The position numbers were made by a program, and so were the translations under genes. Below are positions 10,811 to 22,072 of a DNA stretch of 40,681 nt, piece by piece (position 1 is the first letter of the stretch; each line of letters starts with the position of its first letter). The stretch is from positions 1 through 40,681 of the forward strand of contig LWCA01000205.1 of assembly GCA_001642005.1 (NCBI GenBank). Reading direction: 5' to 3'. The stretch comes from Intoshia linei (lineage: Eukaryota; Animalia; Orthonectida). The notes under the pieces are model-generated. The model saw nothing but the letters and a program-made list of their open reading frames with translations. It had not been told where the DNA came from and did not search any database.

Positions 10811-13494
10811 GTTATTTGGGATGCATTAGTTCAGGTATATAACATTTTACGTTTCATCATTTAATTATTTCATTTTAAGACAATCTTATGTGCTCATTAT
10901 CAATTTATGCAGATAACACATTATATCAATCCTTTAATAAAACACCTATACAACACAGACGTGCTGCCATAACTAGACTCATAGAAAACATTATTAGCGA
11001 TGCAAATGCCATATTTATGGAAAAAAAAAATAAAATTTTAATTTCCCGTAGTCCAGATGGAAAATTATACAAACAAATTCAATTAATCATCAGAAAAATT
11101 ACTGTACATTATTTTATAATAATTCTACAATTTTATTGTATTATTGAATTAAAATATGACTAAAAACGACCCGTGACTCACAGGCTGTGACACTGTTTCT
11201 GCAGTGAAATTGCGTAAAAAAACTAAAACTGTTGACTTTTTTTATAAAATTATAATTTTATAGTTTATTTATCAATTCTAATTTATTTATTTTTTGTTTT
11301 TAACATGTTTTTTAATTTCAGATATTTGACGATTATCGCTGTTCAAACATAAACAATTTTTCTGAAGAAGAAAAGATTTTATGCAATGATAAAGTGGGTA
11401 GTTCTGTGCTTTTAAAGTAAGATATTATTACTATTATTAATTATTACTTATTATTATAATAATTATTTCTACACTGCATTTTAGTGAAATTTCAAAAAAA
11501 GACTTGTCAAACTTTTGTTTGGGTTATATATTCACTAATCGTGACTTTGAAGGAGACATTGTAGGTCTAGCTTGGGTTGCTGCCACGAGTTGAAATAAAA
11601 TGAATTTTTTATACATTAAAATTATAGATAAAAAAGGAGGAATTTGTGATCACTATGAACGATATCGAAACGGAAAAAGATCTCACAATTCTGGAGTCAT
11701 TACGACAAGGGATATCAGCATTTTTGGAAAAATTGTAGAAATTTTTACTCATGAAATTTTGCATAGTTTTGGTTCAAAGGTATACAAATTTAATGGTTAA
11801 AAACTGGTACATGATAAATTAACCATTTTTTAGCAACAATCACTAATTAATCTAAACATTTTGTAATTAAAGTCTGCAAAGTGCTTAGTACTCAATGTTT
11901 GATTATTTTGCTGGTTTTTTATTTTTAAAATCACTTGAAGTTTATATAAAGAAATTGAAAAAAATCATTTATCATCAAATTTTTATTAGTCTTTAGTTTA
12001 GAGCAGGGGTGCACAACCCTTCCATCAATTCAGCCACAATGCTACTTTTCTCATTGATACTACGGCCGCACAAAATTTACTTCGACATTGAGAAAGTTTA
12101 CTCTGAAAGAAAGGTCCCGAGCCTGGACCTAAATTTTAGGTCTAATAAAATAGTTTACTTTAAATTTTAATATCAGCAAGTTTTAATTAATAATTTTCAA
12201 TTAAAATTAATCCTTAATTCACTCATATAAATTAATACCACATCTATCATTTATTTGAATCGGAATAAATAGCAATAGTAGGATTAATGCAATGCTTCTC
12301 ATGAGGGTGACGGGTCACCCCGAGGTATGAATACGAAAATTTAGATGATGGTAGGCGAGTCTACAATTTTCTACATATTTCATTAGATCATCCAATTTAA
12401 TATAATTTTAGGAGAAAAAACCAAAATTTTACCAACCCTTAAGGAAGAAATCATTTTTTACCAAAGTTTTAGAATAAAAACTACCCTATCTGATTCCAAA
12501 AAAAAAAACAAAATTTTAGCAACCCTTAAAGAAAAAAATCGCTTTTAATAATATTTTTATGTAAAATCCCATTTGACCAAATTTTTAAATCAATAATTAT
12601 TCTGACTGATTTCATAAGAAAAAACATGATTTAAAAAAAAATTTTAAAAATCTTATACTATTTTTTTGAAAAAACATTAATCATTAATTTTTTGGTAAAT
12701 AATTAATAATAATTGGACAACAGAAAAAAGTTCCATTAAAAACCGATTTGTTGGTACATTAGAGTGGAAGCCATAAAAAAATATGTAAATATAAATAATG
12801 ACATAAAAAAGATATCAGTGACTACTTTGATTTTGTGTGCTCTTAGCTAACATTTGAGGAACTGGGGCAAAGTCAAGAATGTAACTTTTTGATTAAAATA
12901 TTTTAAATAGAGCTTAAAAAAATCTTTAAACTTTTCAATTTGAAATAGAATGATATATTGCATTATGATGAGATGTATTGTCCACGGCAGCACGTTGTGC
13001 ACCCCTTGTTTAGAGCCATAAATAAACCCGCTTAAGGAAAAATTCCATATTTACTAACCTTTTATGGAAATTTCCACTTTTACCTAAACATACTGTATTA
13101 TTAAAACTTGTCAAATTGCTATTTTTTAAAGTGGAAAATTTTTGATCTTTTATGAAATAGTTTATGCAATTTAGGCTCTTTTTAGGGTTGATAAAACTAG
13201 ATTTTCTCTTAAGGGTTGGTAAATTTTGAATTTTAGTAAAAATTTTAAATATTATTTAACTTATTATTAACTATCATTGATTGAGTAAACTCATATTTCT
13301 GTATCGATTGTAGCATGACACTGACCCAAATTGTTTGGGAGACGCTGTTAATGGTACTCATATAATGCACCCCAAAGTTGTTTATTCTTCCATGAAACCC
13401 AACAACCGTTTAATGAGTACTTGTACAAAAAGATACATTTCCGAAAAAATTGATCAAATTTTGTATGGATCAAAAATAAATAATTGTTTTCTCG
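10811..13494 (+). CDS. ADAM10/kuzbanian-like (M12B reprolysin) zinc metalloprotease domain; exons 10811-10833(?), 10880-11103, 11322-11416, 11485-11588, 11628-11779, 13314-13494; true ends unresolved
   Basis: Phase-consistent GT-AG splicing gives CSLSIYADN...FCLGYIFTNRDFEGDIVGLAWVA...GGICD...NSGVIT...FTHEILHSFGSK|HD...HIMHP...NNRLMSTCT...NNCFL. It has an intact HExxHxxGxxH zinc motif and a Met-turn. The RDF..G..GLAWV block is typical of ADAM10/17. Confidence 0.9.
12004..13007 (+). mobile_element. ~1 kb non-autonomous hAT element in the ADAM intron
   Basis: TIR CAGGGGTGCACAAC / GTTGTGCACCCCTT with perfect 8-bp TSD GTTTAGAG. A second copy starts at about 39998, and a 3'-end fragment lies at 13530-13637. 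Confidence 0.92.
13016..13250. repeat. Degenerate ~30-bp repeats of the Mutator-like family (both orientations)
   Basis: Units such as TTTTCTCTTAAGGGTTGGTAAATTTTG match the array at 37050-37340. Confidence 0.6.
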
Positions 13495-13529
13495 GTAAGA
13501 TTATTATTATTATTACCTTGAATAAAATC

Positions 13530-13637
13530 TCCTTTTAACTTTTTAATTTGAAGTAAAATGGTATATTGAATTATGATCAGATGTATTGCCCATGGCCGCA
13601 CATAAACGCTTTCACAGCCGCACGTTGTGCACCCCTG
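13530..13637 (+). mobile_element. 3'-terminal fragment of the CAGGGGTGCACAAC hAT family
   Basis: Matches about 12925-13007 and ends in GTTGTGCACCCCTG. Confidence 0.8.
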
Positions 13638-13640
13638 AAT

Positions 13641-14680
13641 TAGAGCAACCATTGTCAATTTGTCGTTAAATAGTGTAACTGTTTATCGACAAAAATGACA
13701 TTTTAATATCTTCCATTTTTTATGGAATAAATGGAATGTGACTCACATTATGTGAGCTATTTTGACAATCATCTAACTATGCCGTACATCTAATTGCTTT
13801 TGCATCATACAAATGTAGGTTTCCCCTTTGTATAGAGAATATACAGTGCATATTAGATAATAAAACATCAATTTTAAGTAAACTTGTTTTTTTACATGCA
13901 CTCTCTTCAAATTTAAATTTCAAAATTTTCAAAATTATTTTCACTACAGTTTAATAATCTTAATAATTTAAAATAATCGGGAATTTTCCTTGACATTACT
14001 TGCCAACCTAACAATTTATAAAAAATATAAACGCTTGCTTGGAATGTAAACACAATTTGTCATCAACTTGCTCAAAATTTAGTCAATTTTTGGTTGCTCT
14101 AATTCCAATAAATGTTTAATATACAATATATAGTCAAAAAATATAATACTAGTGAAAAACACTACAATATGAGTCATAATTTATAACTAATGAATATGAC
14201 TACTGAGTCAGTAGAACTGACTAGACGAATACTTGATTCATAATAATAATAACTTACCAAAAATTCGTTAAAAATATATTGATGTCAAAATTCGGAATTT
14301 TTGCTTGAACTAAATAAAATGATTTATGAAATATTTTTAATAGCTTACAAAATTGAACACTGAGTAATTGTTGAATTGTACAATTGTGAGTATGGTGTTT
14401 TTGTATTTGTAAATGTGCATCTAAACATATTTATAAACAATAATACAATGTAATTGATTATAATTATACAAAATAATAAAGTATTGTAATAAATAAAAAC
14501 TGATAAAAAAGATGTACAATGTACATTACTTGAAACTTTAAAAGCTATTATTTCAACAGTCTAGAATAGGGCTGGGGAATAGAGCAACTATTGTCAATTT
14601 GTCGTTAAATACAGTAACTGTTTATCGACAAAAATGACATTTTTAATAACATCTGTCATTTTGTATGGAATAAATGGAAC
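13641..14680 (+). repeat. ~100-bp direct repeat (13641-13737 and 14580-14679)
   Basis: TAGAGCAAC.ATTGTCAATTTGTCGTTAAATA...TTTATCGACAAAAATGACATTTT...TATGGAATAAATGGAA occurs twice. The second copy is preceded by hAT-like TAGGGCTGGG. Confidence 0.75.
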
Positions 14681-14689
14681 AATGTCATT

Positions 14690-15917
14690 TTTGATTTTAA
14701 ATTAAAATTTAATCGAAATATTTAAAAAATATTTGTAGGACCGTTAATTATTTCAAATTTTTTCTTTAACATGTGTAAATAAAATACATTAGAAATAAAA
14801 AAATATGAATATTAAAGTGTTTTTTTAACCGTGAAAGCGACACTTTGTCAGATTAAAATTTTTTGTGTGTGTTCACGGGATATAACTGTATCATCTGTAA
14901 TTTTTTTGAAAATTATATGACCGTTTTTATTTTTTTAAAAAAAGTAATCTGTGGTTTTGATCGTGAAAATGCACTTTTTTGATATTACCATTTATTATAA
15001 TGCTTATGATTTTAGATACTATTGCAGAGTTTATGTTTAACCCTAATACTCCCAGACAAATTTTTCCAATTTTTTGGCTTCGATTTTTCCAAAAATATGG
15101 GAAGTTAATACATACTTGCCTATTTTTCACCATATAAAATTTTAGGTAATTACCAATTGTAGTTATGGAGTTATTTCACATTCCATATGTTCACATTGGG
15201 AAAATAAGGCAAATAAAAGCGTGTATATATAAAACCACATCGTCAATATATTTAATTATTTAATCAAATTGTAGCCAATACATGAATTCATCATATAATA
15301 TTTATTAAATTCAGTTATCACAACTTGAACAAAAAAAATATAAAAAATTTTTTCAGTGAATTTTTTTTTGCTTTGCAAAATCATTGTGGCCCACTGTAAG
15401 TGAGACAGAAGGCTAATCGGTGAAAACCCATAACTAATATACTCGAATGTTATATAATATACTAATTAATTTAATTTTTCATATATAATTAACTTTGTTT
15501 CAATTTTATACGTGTTTTTATAATTGTAATGTTATGTGATCATATGGTCACACTGGGAGTATTAGGGTTAATAAAATTTAAGTACATGTTTCATTTTTTC
15601 AACATAGGGTAATTTGTGGTTCAAACCATGAAGGTTTGCGTTTCTGAGGCTGAGATTAACGACAATGTTAATGACTTTAAAACGAGTCCCAGAATATATG
15701 TTTTATTAAATTTTTGTGCTGATTTTTTTGAAACAAAAGGGAAAATTGGGGTTTTTACCCTGAAAAACTCAAATTCTGAAACTGAAATATAGATAAAAAT
15801 ACCCCCTAAGCAAAACTGTATTAGAAATTGGATTTTTTTAATTCTGCGACTGTCAATTTTTTAAATAAACCGTTGCATATACACAGACATTCATTTTTAT
15901 ACATAATTTGTATAAGA
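14690..15917 (-). mobile_element. Helitron, 5' type B, 3'-truncated, interrupted by a piggyBac MITE
   Basis: Minus-strand start A|TCTTATAC...AAAAATGAATGTCTGTGT at 15917. The body is colinear with 29940-30520 once 15041-15571 is removed. Confidence 0.75.
15041..15567. mobile_element. piggyBac-type MITE
   Basis: Perfect 15-bp TIR CCCTAATACTCCCAG / CTGGGAGTATTAGGG with TTAA on both sides (15037-15040, 15568-15571). Confidence 0.93.
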
Positions 15918-17292
15918 TATGACTCATGAGACAAATATGTAAAAAATTACTTGTTTTTTAGTCAAACTTTGAACATTAATTACATTTATGATAATAAAAT
16001 TTAATTTCATGAGAAACTCTGTATACATTACCTTATCATACATCATATTATCATATGTATTACATTCATGAAATAAAACTTAAATTTATGTTTAATTATT
16101 AACAATATGTAAAGTCAAGCGATTAAAACGGTTATTTTAAGAAAAAAAGAAAAAAATTCTGCAAAGTCAAATAAAAACATTATCATTAGAAATCATCATA
16201 GTCAATCTTGACAAACAAAAAATTTACTAAATTCCAAAAATTAGATTAAAAATTTTTAAAGAGTACATAAGTAATATTTTTGTGAGGTAGTAGATAAATA
16301 AATCTAATAAATCTTGCAAAATTAAATTTTTTCAATCTTGGATGAATGGTTCAAAACAGGTTGAGAATCCCTGATTTATCCAAGAAAAATAATTTGCAAA
16401 ATATTTAATACTATGCTATATGTTTTTGACAATGAAAATGCCTATTTATGAGATTTGTTTGTAGATAAAACGTTTGTATTACAAACCTGTTAAATAATTA
16501 TTATTGTGTAAATTATGCGATAATTTAATTGATTTAATGTTCATTGATCAGACAGGTACACAAACATTTGATTTTACCAAGAGAGTCTAATTTATCTAAT
16601 ACATTAAACAGTGTAATTATACTATAATGTAAAAAGATAAAAAATAATTTTGAAATTAGACTTCCTATCAGACAATTTAATACATAAATGTATAATATTT
16701 ATAGATTTAATAAATCAATAAGTGAATATCGAAATGATTAGAAATAGGAATATGTGCACTAGGGAATCCTTTACAAATTAAATCGCAGTACATAATATAG
16801 TACGTATATAAATTAATGGCGGCCAATGAACCATATATGAAACTTGCAATAATTTTTATTCACCCTTGAAAGAAAAGTACAAAATACAATTTATCTGTAA
16901 AAACTTTACTCACTTTGATAATTGTATTTTATACGTTTATGCCTGCATATTTCATATTTTTTGTTGAAAAAATTTTTATCCCACACACGTGTCATCAAAT
17001 TGAACAAAATGCAGCAATATACAGTTATATTCTTATAATGATTAATCAAAATAACAAATAAGGCATTAATTTTAAATTTCCTGTATAAATACAATGTCAT
17101 TAATCTCAGATTTTAAACTAAAACAAGTAAGTTCAAGTTTTCAAATTAATAATTGTACATCAACCCATAATCATACCAAACGCAATGCATGCGACTAAAG
17201 ATATATAAAAAATATATACTTTCTAAGTGTATAATTATAATTATTACAATAATTTAATTGAAAAATAACAATACAATAAATTATAAAATTAC

Positions 17293-17454
17293 CATTGAAA
17301 CATTTTTTCATTGTACAAGAGTTTAGATTACATTTATTGTTTGCATCATTTGAAAATATTCCATCTTCCCTAATGACACAATCAAAACAAACATTTTCGA
17401 CATTTCGATTCAAATTTTGTTTATGTAATACTATATTAGATTGCATGAGTGAAC
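17293..17454 (-). CDS. Exon of a probable Cys-rich extracellular (Ly6/uPAR/quiver-like) protein; other exons unresolved
   Basis: Bounded by TTTATAG acceptor and GTAATT donor. It encodes ...NVENVCFDCVIREDGIFSNDANNKCNLNSCTMKKCFN, with CxxC and spaced Cys as in three-finger domains. Confidence 0.4.
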
Positions 17455-18138
17455 TATAAAATTGATTTTAGATATTATATCAAGAGTTTTATTTTTTCAA
17501 TGTCAAATGTAAAAAGTCGTAAAAAATTCAAAGTTTCTGGCAAATAATGTTGAACGTTTATTTGCACTCTAGCTAAATTAAAAGTAAGGTCATTTGATAG
17601 AACGAATTGTTTGTTTAACATGTACCAATATGTGAATATTTCATGATGTGATGTACTAAACTATACTTTAATTGAATTTATTGTTCCATGGATTCTAATA
17701 TAAAGGGGTGTACTATTTTATAAAGCAATTAAAGTCAGATTATTCTCATTAACGTGCCTTTATTAATTTAAATTTAAAATTAACATTTTTAATATTTATT
17801 ATTTTGGCACATAATATTTTTAATTATAAAATTCGACATGTTTCATTCCCATGCAAGTCATATGAAATCAATGATTCTCTTTACTTTACATTTATTGAAT
17901 TTTTATCTAGTTTCATATAAATAATATAAAATTGCATGATACAATATGAATTCTAAATCATATATAACCCTTACGAGACAATTGTATGTTTAGATACCAA
18001 AAACTACACTCATAAATTTAAATATCTTTGTCATTTTATCGGTTTATTTTCACCCTGAAGGCGTAGATTTTTGAGAATTTTGAATATAGATAAACTGTAA
18101 GTTGTATCAGAATAAACTTTCTTTAAATTCTGGTACTA

Positions 18139-18475
18139 CAGTGATCGCTCTCTAAATTGAACACTAACTGCAAAAAAATGGATGGTGTTCAAGTTTTAGA
18201 GATTGAACACTGTAGTTAATTATTTCATACTATATTTATTGTGAAATTTATGAGAAAAATCAAAATTTTAAAATAAATGAATTGTTCAAATTTAAGAACT
18301 CACATTTTCTTATAAATTTCTTAAATTATATATAAAATTAAATAAATTACAACAAATTTATGAGAAAAATCACAATAAATTGTGTTCATATTCAAGAGCG
18401 GGAATGTATATTCTTATTATGTACAGTGATCGCTGAGTGTATTTAGATACTGTTCAATTTAGGGAGCGACCACTG
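18139..18475. mobile_element. Two Tc1/mariner-type micro-MITEs (18139-18212 and 18424-18475)
   Basis: Each is TA|CAGTG...CACTG|TA. The outermost ends match 23/25 (CAGTG.TCGCTC.CTAAATTGAACA). Confidence 0.75.
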
Positions 18476-18559
18476 TATTAGATATGTACAATGTACATGT
18501 TTATTTAATGTCAAGTTAATATTTATTTTTAAATAAAATTGGAATAAATAAAAAATAAA

Positions 18560-19850
18560 TAACATTGTGCTTTTTTGATAGTGAAGGCTATGTGAAATTT
18601 AAAATATTTATCTGTGTTAATTGAATATAACTGTATGATCTGTAAATTTTTTTTAAATTCTAAGCTCATTCCATTTTTACAGAAATGTAATCTGTGGTTT
18701 TGATCGTGAAACTGCAACTTTTAAAGAATATAAATTAGTAGCATGATATTTTTATTGAAATGTAGGGATACCAACTGTGAAGAATGTTGGGAAACGCTGA
18801 TATACACCTTTAAATATTTTGCACTTTTTATGTACTGTCATGTATTTTCATGGATTAATACTAAAGTAAAAAGAGGAAAATCCAAAAAATTATATATATT
18901 GGTATTGTCTTTTTCAATTTGATGATATATATTCACTATCTGCTTTCAATGAGTAAAAAATTTAAATCAATCAATTTTGTATCAATAATTAACTGAATCA
19001 GTACTTTAAAAACATATTACGGGTGAATTTTATCAAAATTGTAATAAATATAAAAATGATAATAACAAAGTTGTAGTTTATAGTACTTCGTTGTTGTAAG
19101 TTTTGAACTAACATTTAGTACAAATAGAATTTAAACTTTTTGAAAATCAAAAATAGCGTAGCTATGAAAAAAATCGAAGGAATCAATTATATAGATTTCC
19201 ACCCATATATCTTTATTGGAAATGTGTAGACATTTGTACATGAAATTGTAGGATAAATATTTACATTTTCAATTTTTATTTTAATCAAAATATTTGAAAA
19301 ATATTGGTTGAATATATTAAAAGTATTTTTCACCGGGAATGCGTAGATTTCTGGGGTTAAAATTTCGCATCTATATCAACTGGAATAAGCTGTATCAGAA
19401 TAATCTCTTTTTTTTTAATTATACGACCGTTAATTATTTAAAATTTTTTGTTTTAATAAAATAGTTTCAAAGTAAATAAAATGAATATTAAAGTGCTTTT
19501 TTGACCATGAAGGTGTCACTTGATCAGATTGAAAAATTTTGTGTGTGTTAACTGAATATAACTGTATCATATGAATTTTTTTTAAAATTCTAGGGCTGTT
19601 TTCATTATTAAAAAAAAGGGTATTCTGGGTTTTTAAACGTGTAAATTACTTTTTTGAGGTTAACGATTATGATAATGCTTATGAATTTAAAAACCATTCC
19701 AGAATTTGTGTTGTATAAAATTATAATACTTTCTTAAATTTTACAGAAAAGTGTAAATTAGGGTTTTGGTCGTGAAGATATAAGATTTGTAATTGAAAAT
19801 AATCACAATGTTGATGATTTTAAAATCTTTATCAGATTTAATATTTTTTA
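18560..19850 (-). mobile_element. Helitron internal fragments (18560-18730 and 18960-19850)
   Basis: Share family core motifs GGGAATGCGTAGATT, CTGGAATAAGCTGTATCAGAATAA and GACC.TGAAGG.GTCACTT with 32420-33100 and 38660-39200. Confidence 0.75.
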
Positions 19851-19899
19851 TAATAGTCCTATATATTTAAACAAAAAATACAGTTCATACAGTCATTTC

Positions 19900-20105
19900 C
19901 AGATACACACAAAAAAATTTTAGGGAAATTTTTTTGACCATATTTTAAATCAAAATAAAAAATTGTCTTGACACATTTAGGAACTATTCCTTTAAAAGAT
20001 TGTTAATAGTGAATAGTGGCATTTTCATGTAAGATTTTATTTTTTTGGTATATTAAAAAAGTCCACCCTCTGCAGAGCTAAGTGCTGTAAAAACAGCCAA
20101 GCTAG
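19900..20105 (+). mobile_element. Helitron 3' end
   Basis: ...GTCCACCCTCTGCAGAGCTAAGTGCTGTAAAAACAGCCAAGCTAG|T, the family 3' block with the hairpin centre deleted. Confidence 0.75.
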
Positions 20106-21081
20106 TTAAAATATAATGGCAATTTAAATATTTTATTTATAGTAGATGTAGATAAAAATTGAAAATAATGAAAAGAAGTAAAAAATAAAAACTACACAAC
20201 AATTATTTTAATTTATAACCACATTTTCAATGCCAAATATCTCGGGTCACGTATAGATTATTATAGGAAAAAGCTATATAAGACGGAATTCATTTCACGA
20301 AAGATTTTTTAATATTGACTCGTTGACTAGTATACATTGTAGTGACTTTTAAAAAATTTTGAGACTTTACATTTAATATTTCTATTTTGTTTTAATTCAT
20401 TATACAAATTTTAGGGGTCCAATGGACTCGGTCCACGGTGAAAAATTTTTGACGAACCCACATCAAATTAAAACCAGCAAAATTGTTTAATGTGTCATTT
20501 AATTTAATCTAATATACGCAAAATCTTGTGTAGCTGGTTATATATATCAACTGTTTAATGGACAGTAGTATTATCATGTACCATTTACTAAAATTTGACC
20601 ACTTGTTTAAAAATTATATCCGAATTTGCACAGTCTTTCATTCTTTTTCATATTGACAATTTCTATTTAAAATTTATCTAAAAGCAATATTTGGAACATA
20701 ACAAGTACCTGTCCAAATTCATGAAAGAATATATTAATTAAATTGGCTGAAACAAGAATTTTATAAAATACTAATTTAAATTAGATAGGAATATCGTATC
20801 CTGCAGGTTGTAACTAAACGTGAAATATTTATGCATTAAAAATTTTACGACCTTGATAGAATTTATTTTTATTTTAACATTCACCCATATAATTGAATAG
20901 TGAGTATAATATATTTTTGACAAATACCTGGAAAATAATTGATTGTGGAAAAATTTCAAGACGGTTATTGTTATTCAAATGTTTTCATTAACATGGTAAA
21001 TAAAATCTAAGCTGTCCGCCCCAGTTTTGTAGAAATTTTCCTGTATTATGTTGATTTTATAATGTACATTATACGCGTATA

Positions 21082-21687
21082 CTAGCTTGATTGTTTTTTA
21101 CTTCGTACAAATAGCACATAACTCTGCCGAGGGCGGACTTTTTTAATTCTACCAAAAAATAAAATTTTATATAAAAATGCTACTATTCACTATTATCAAT
21201 ATTTTAAAGATATGATTCCCAAACGGTAAGACAATTTATATTTTTTAATTTCTGGGACCATTAACAATTTCCCAAAAAAGGTAAACATTAAATTGCTTTT
21301 TTGAACACGAAGACTTAACCTAACACTGAAAGTTTTTGTTTTTATTGGAAAAAGCTATATTAAATGTGATTTTTTTAAAATTTTTAAAAAAAAGGATAAT
21401 TTGTGGTTTTGACCCTGAAGATATACCTTTTTGAAATTTATGATAATGTTCATGATTTTATAATCTGTATAATAATGTATTTTTTAAATTTTAAGACTCG
21501 GTTGATTTTCACAAAAAGGATAATTGGGATTTTTAGCAGGTAATTGTAAGTTTCTGAGATTGAAATTTATTGTACTTTCTCCCCGGAAAAATCTGACTTG
21601 AAATTTGTGTTTTTTAAAAATCTAGAAATCTTAGTTATTGCAGCAAACGATAACACACAGACACAAACATTTTTATATACGTTAGGA
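21082..21687 (-). mobile_element. Non-autonomous Helitron, 5' type A, both ends present (606 bp)
   Basis: On the minus strand: A|TCCTAACG...TGTTTGTGTCTGTGTG at the 5' end and ...GTACGAAGTA...AAGCTAG|T at the 3' end. Confidence 0.85.
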
Positions 21688-22072
21688 TTATGTTTATGGT
21701 GTCTATTTGTTTATCTATTGTTTTCTTCAAATGGCTGTAAAATATATTTTTCCACAAAGGGTTAGTAAAAAGGATTTTTCTATAGTGTTATTGTATTGAC
21801 CATTTTAACTTTTGATTGCATTGCACGGCATTATATAATGTTGTAAAATGGTCCGTATATGAATGCACAATAGTGTTTATATCAGTGCACAACCCTGTAA
21901 TAAAATACATTAAACATATACAGTGTATTCTATACATACATGTGTATGAGTAGTATTCAGTAATATAATTATAAAAAAGCACAAGTTGTGACTCACAATT
22001 TGGTAACACGATATTTTGAAAATTCTAAAAATGAGTATTTACACAAAGTGGAAAATTTAATAGATTGTAATA

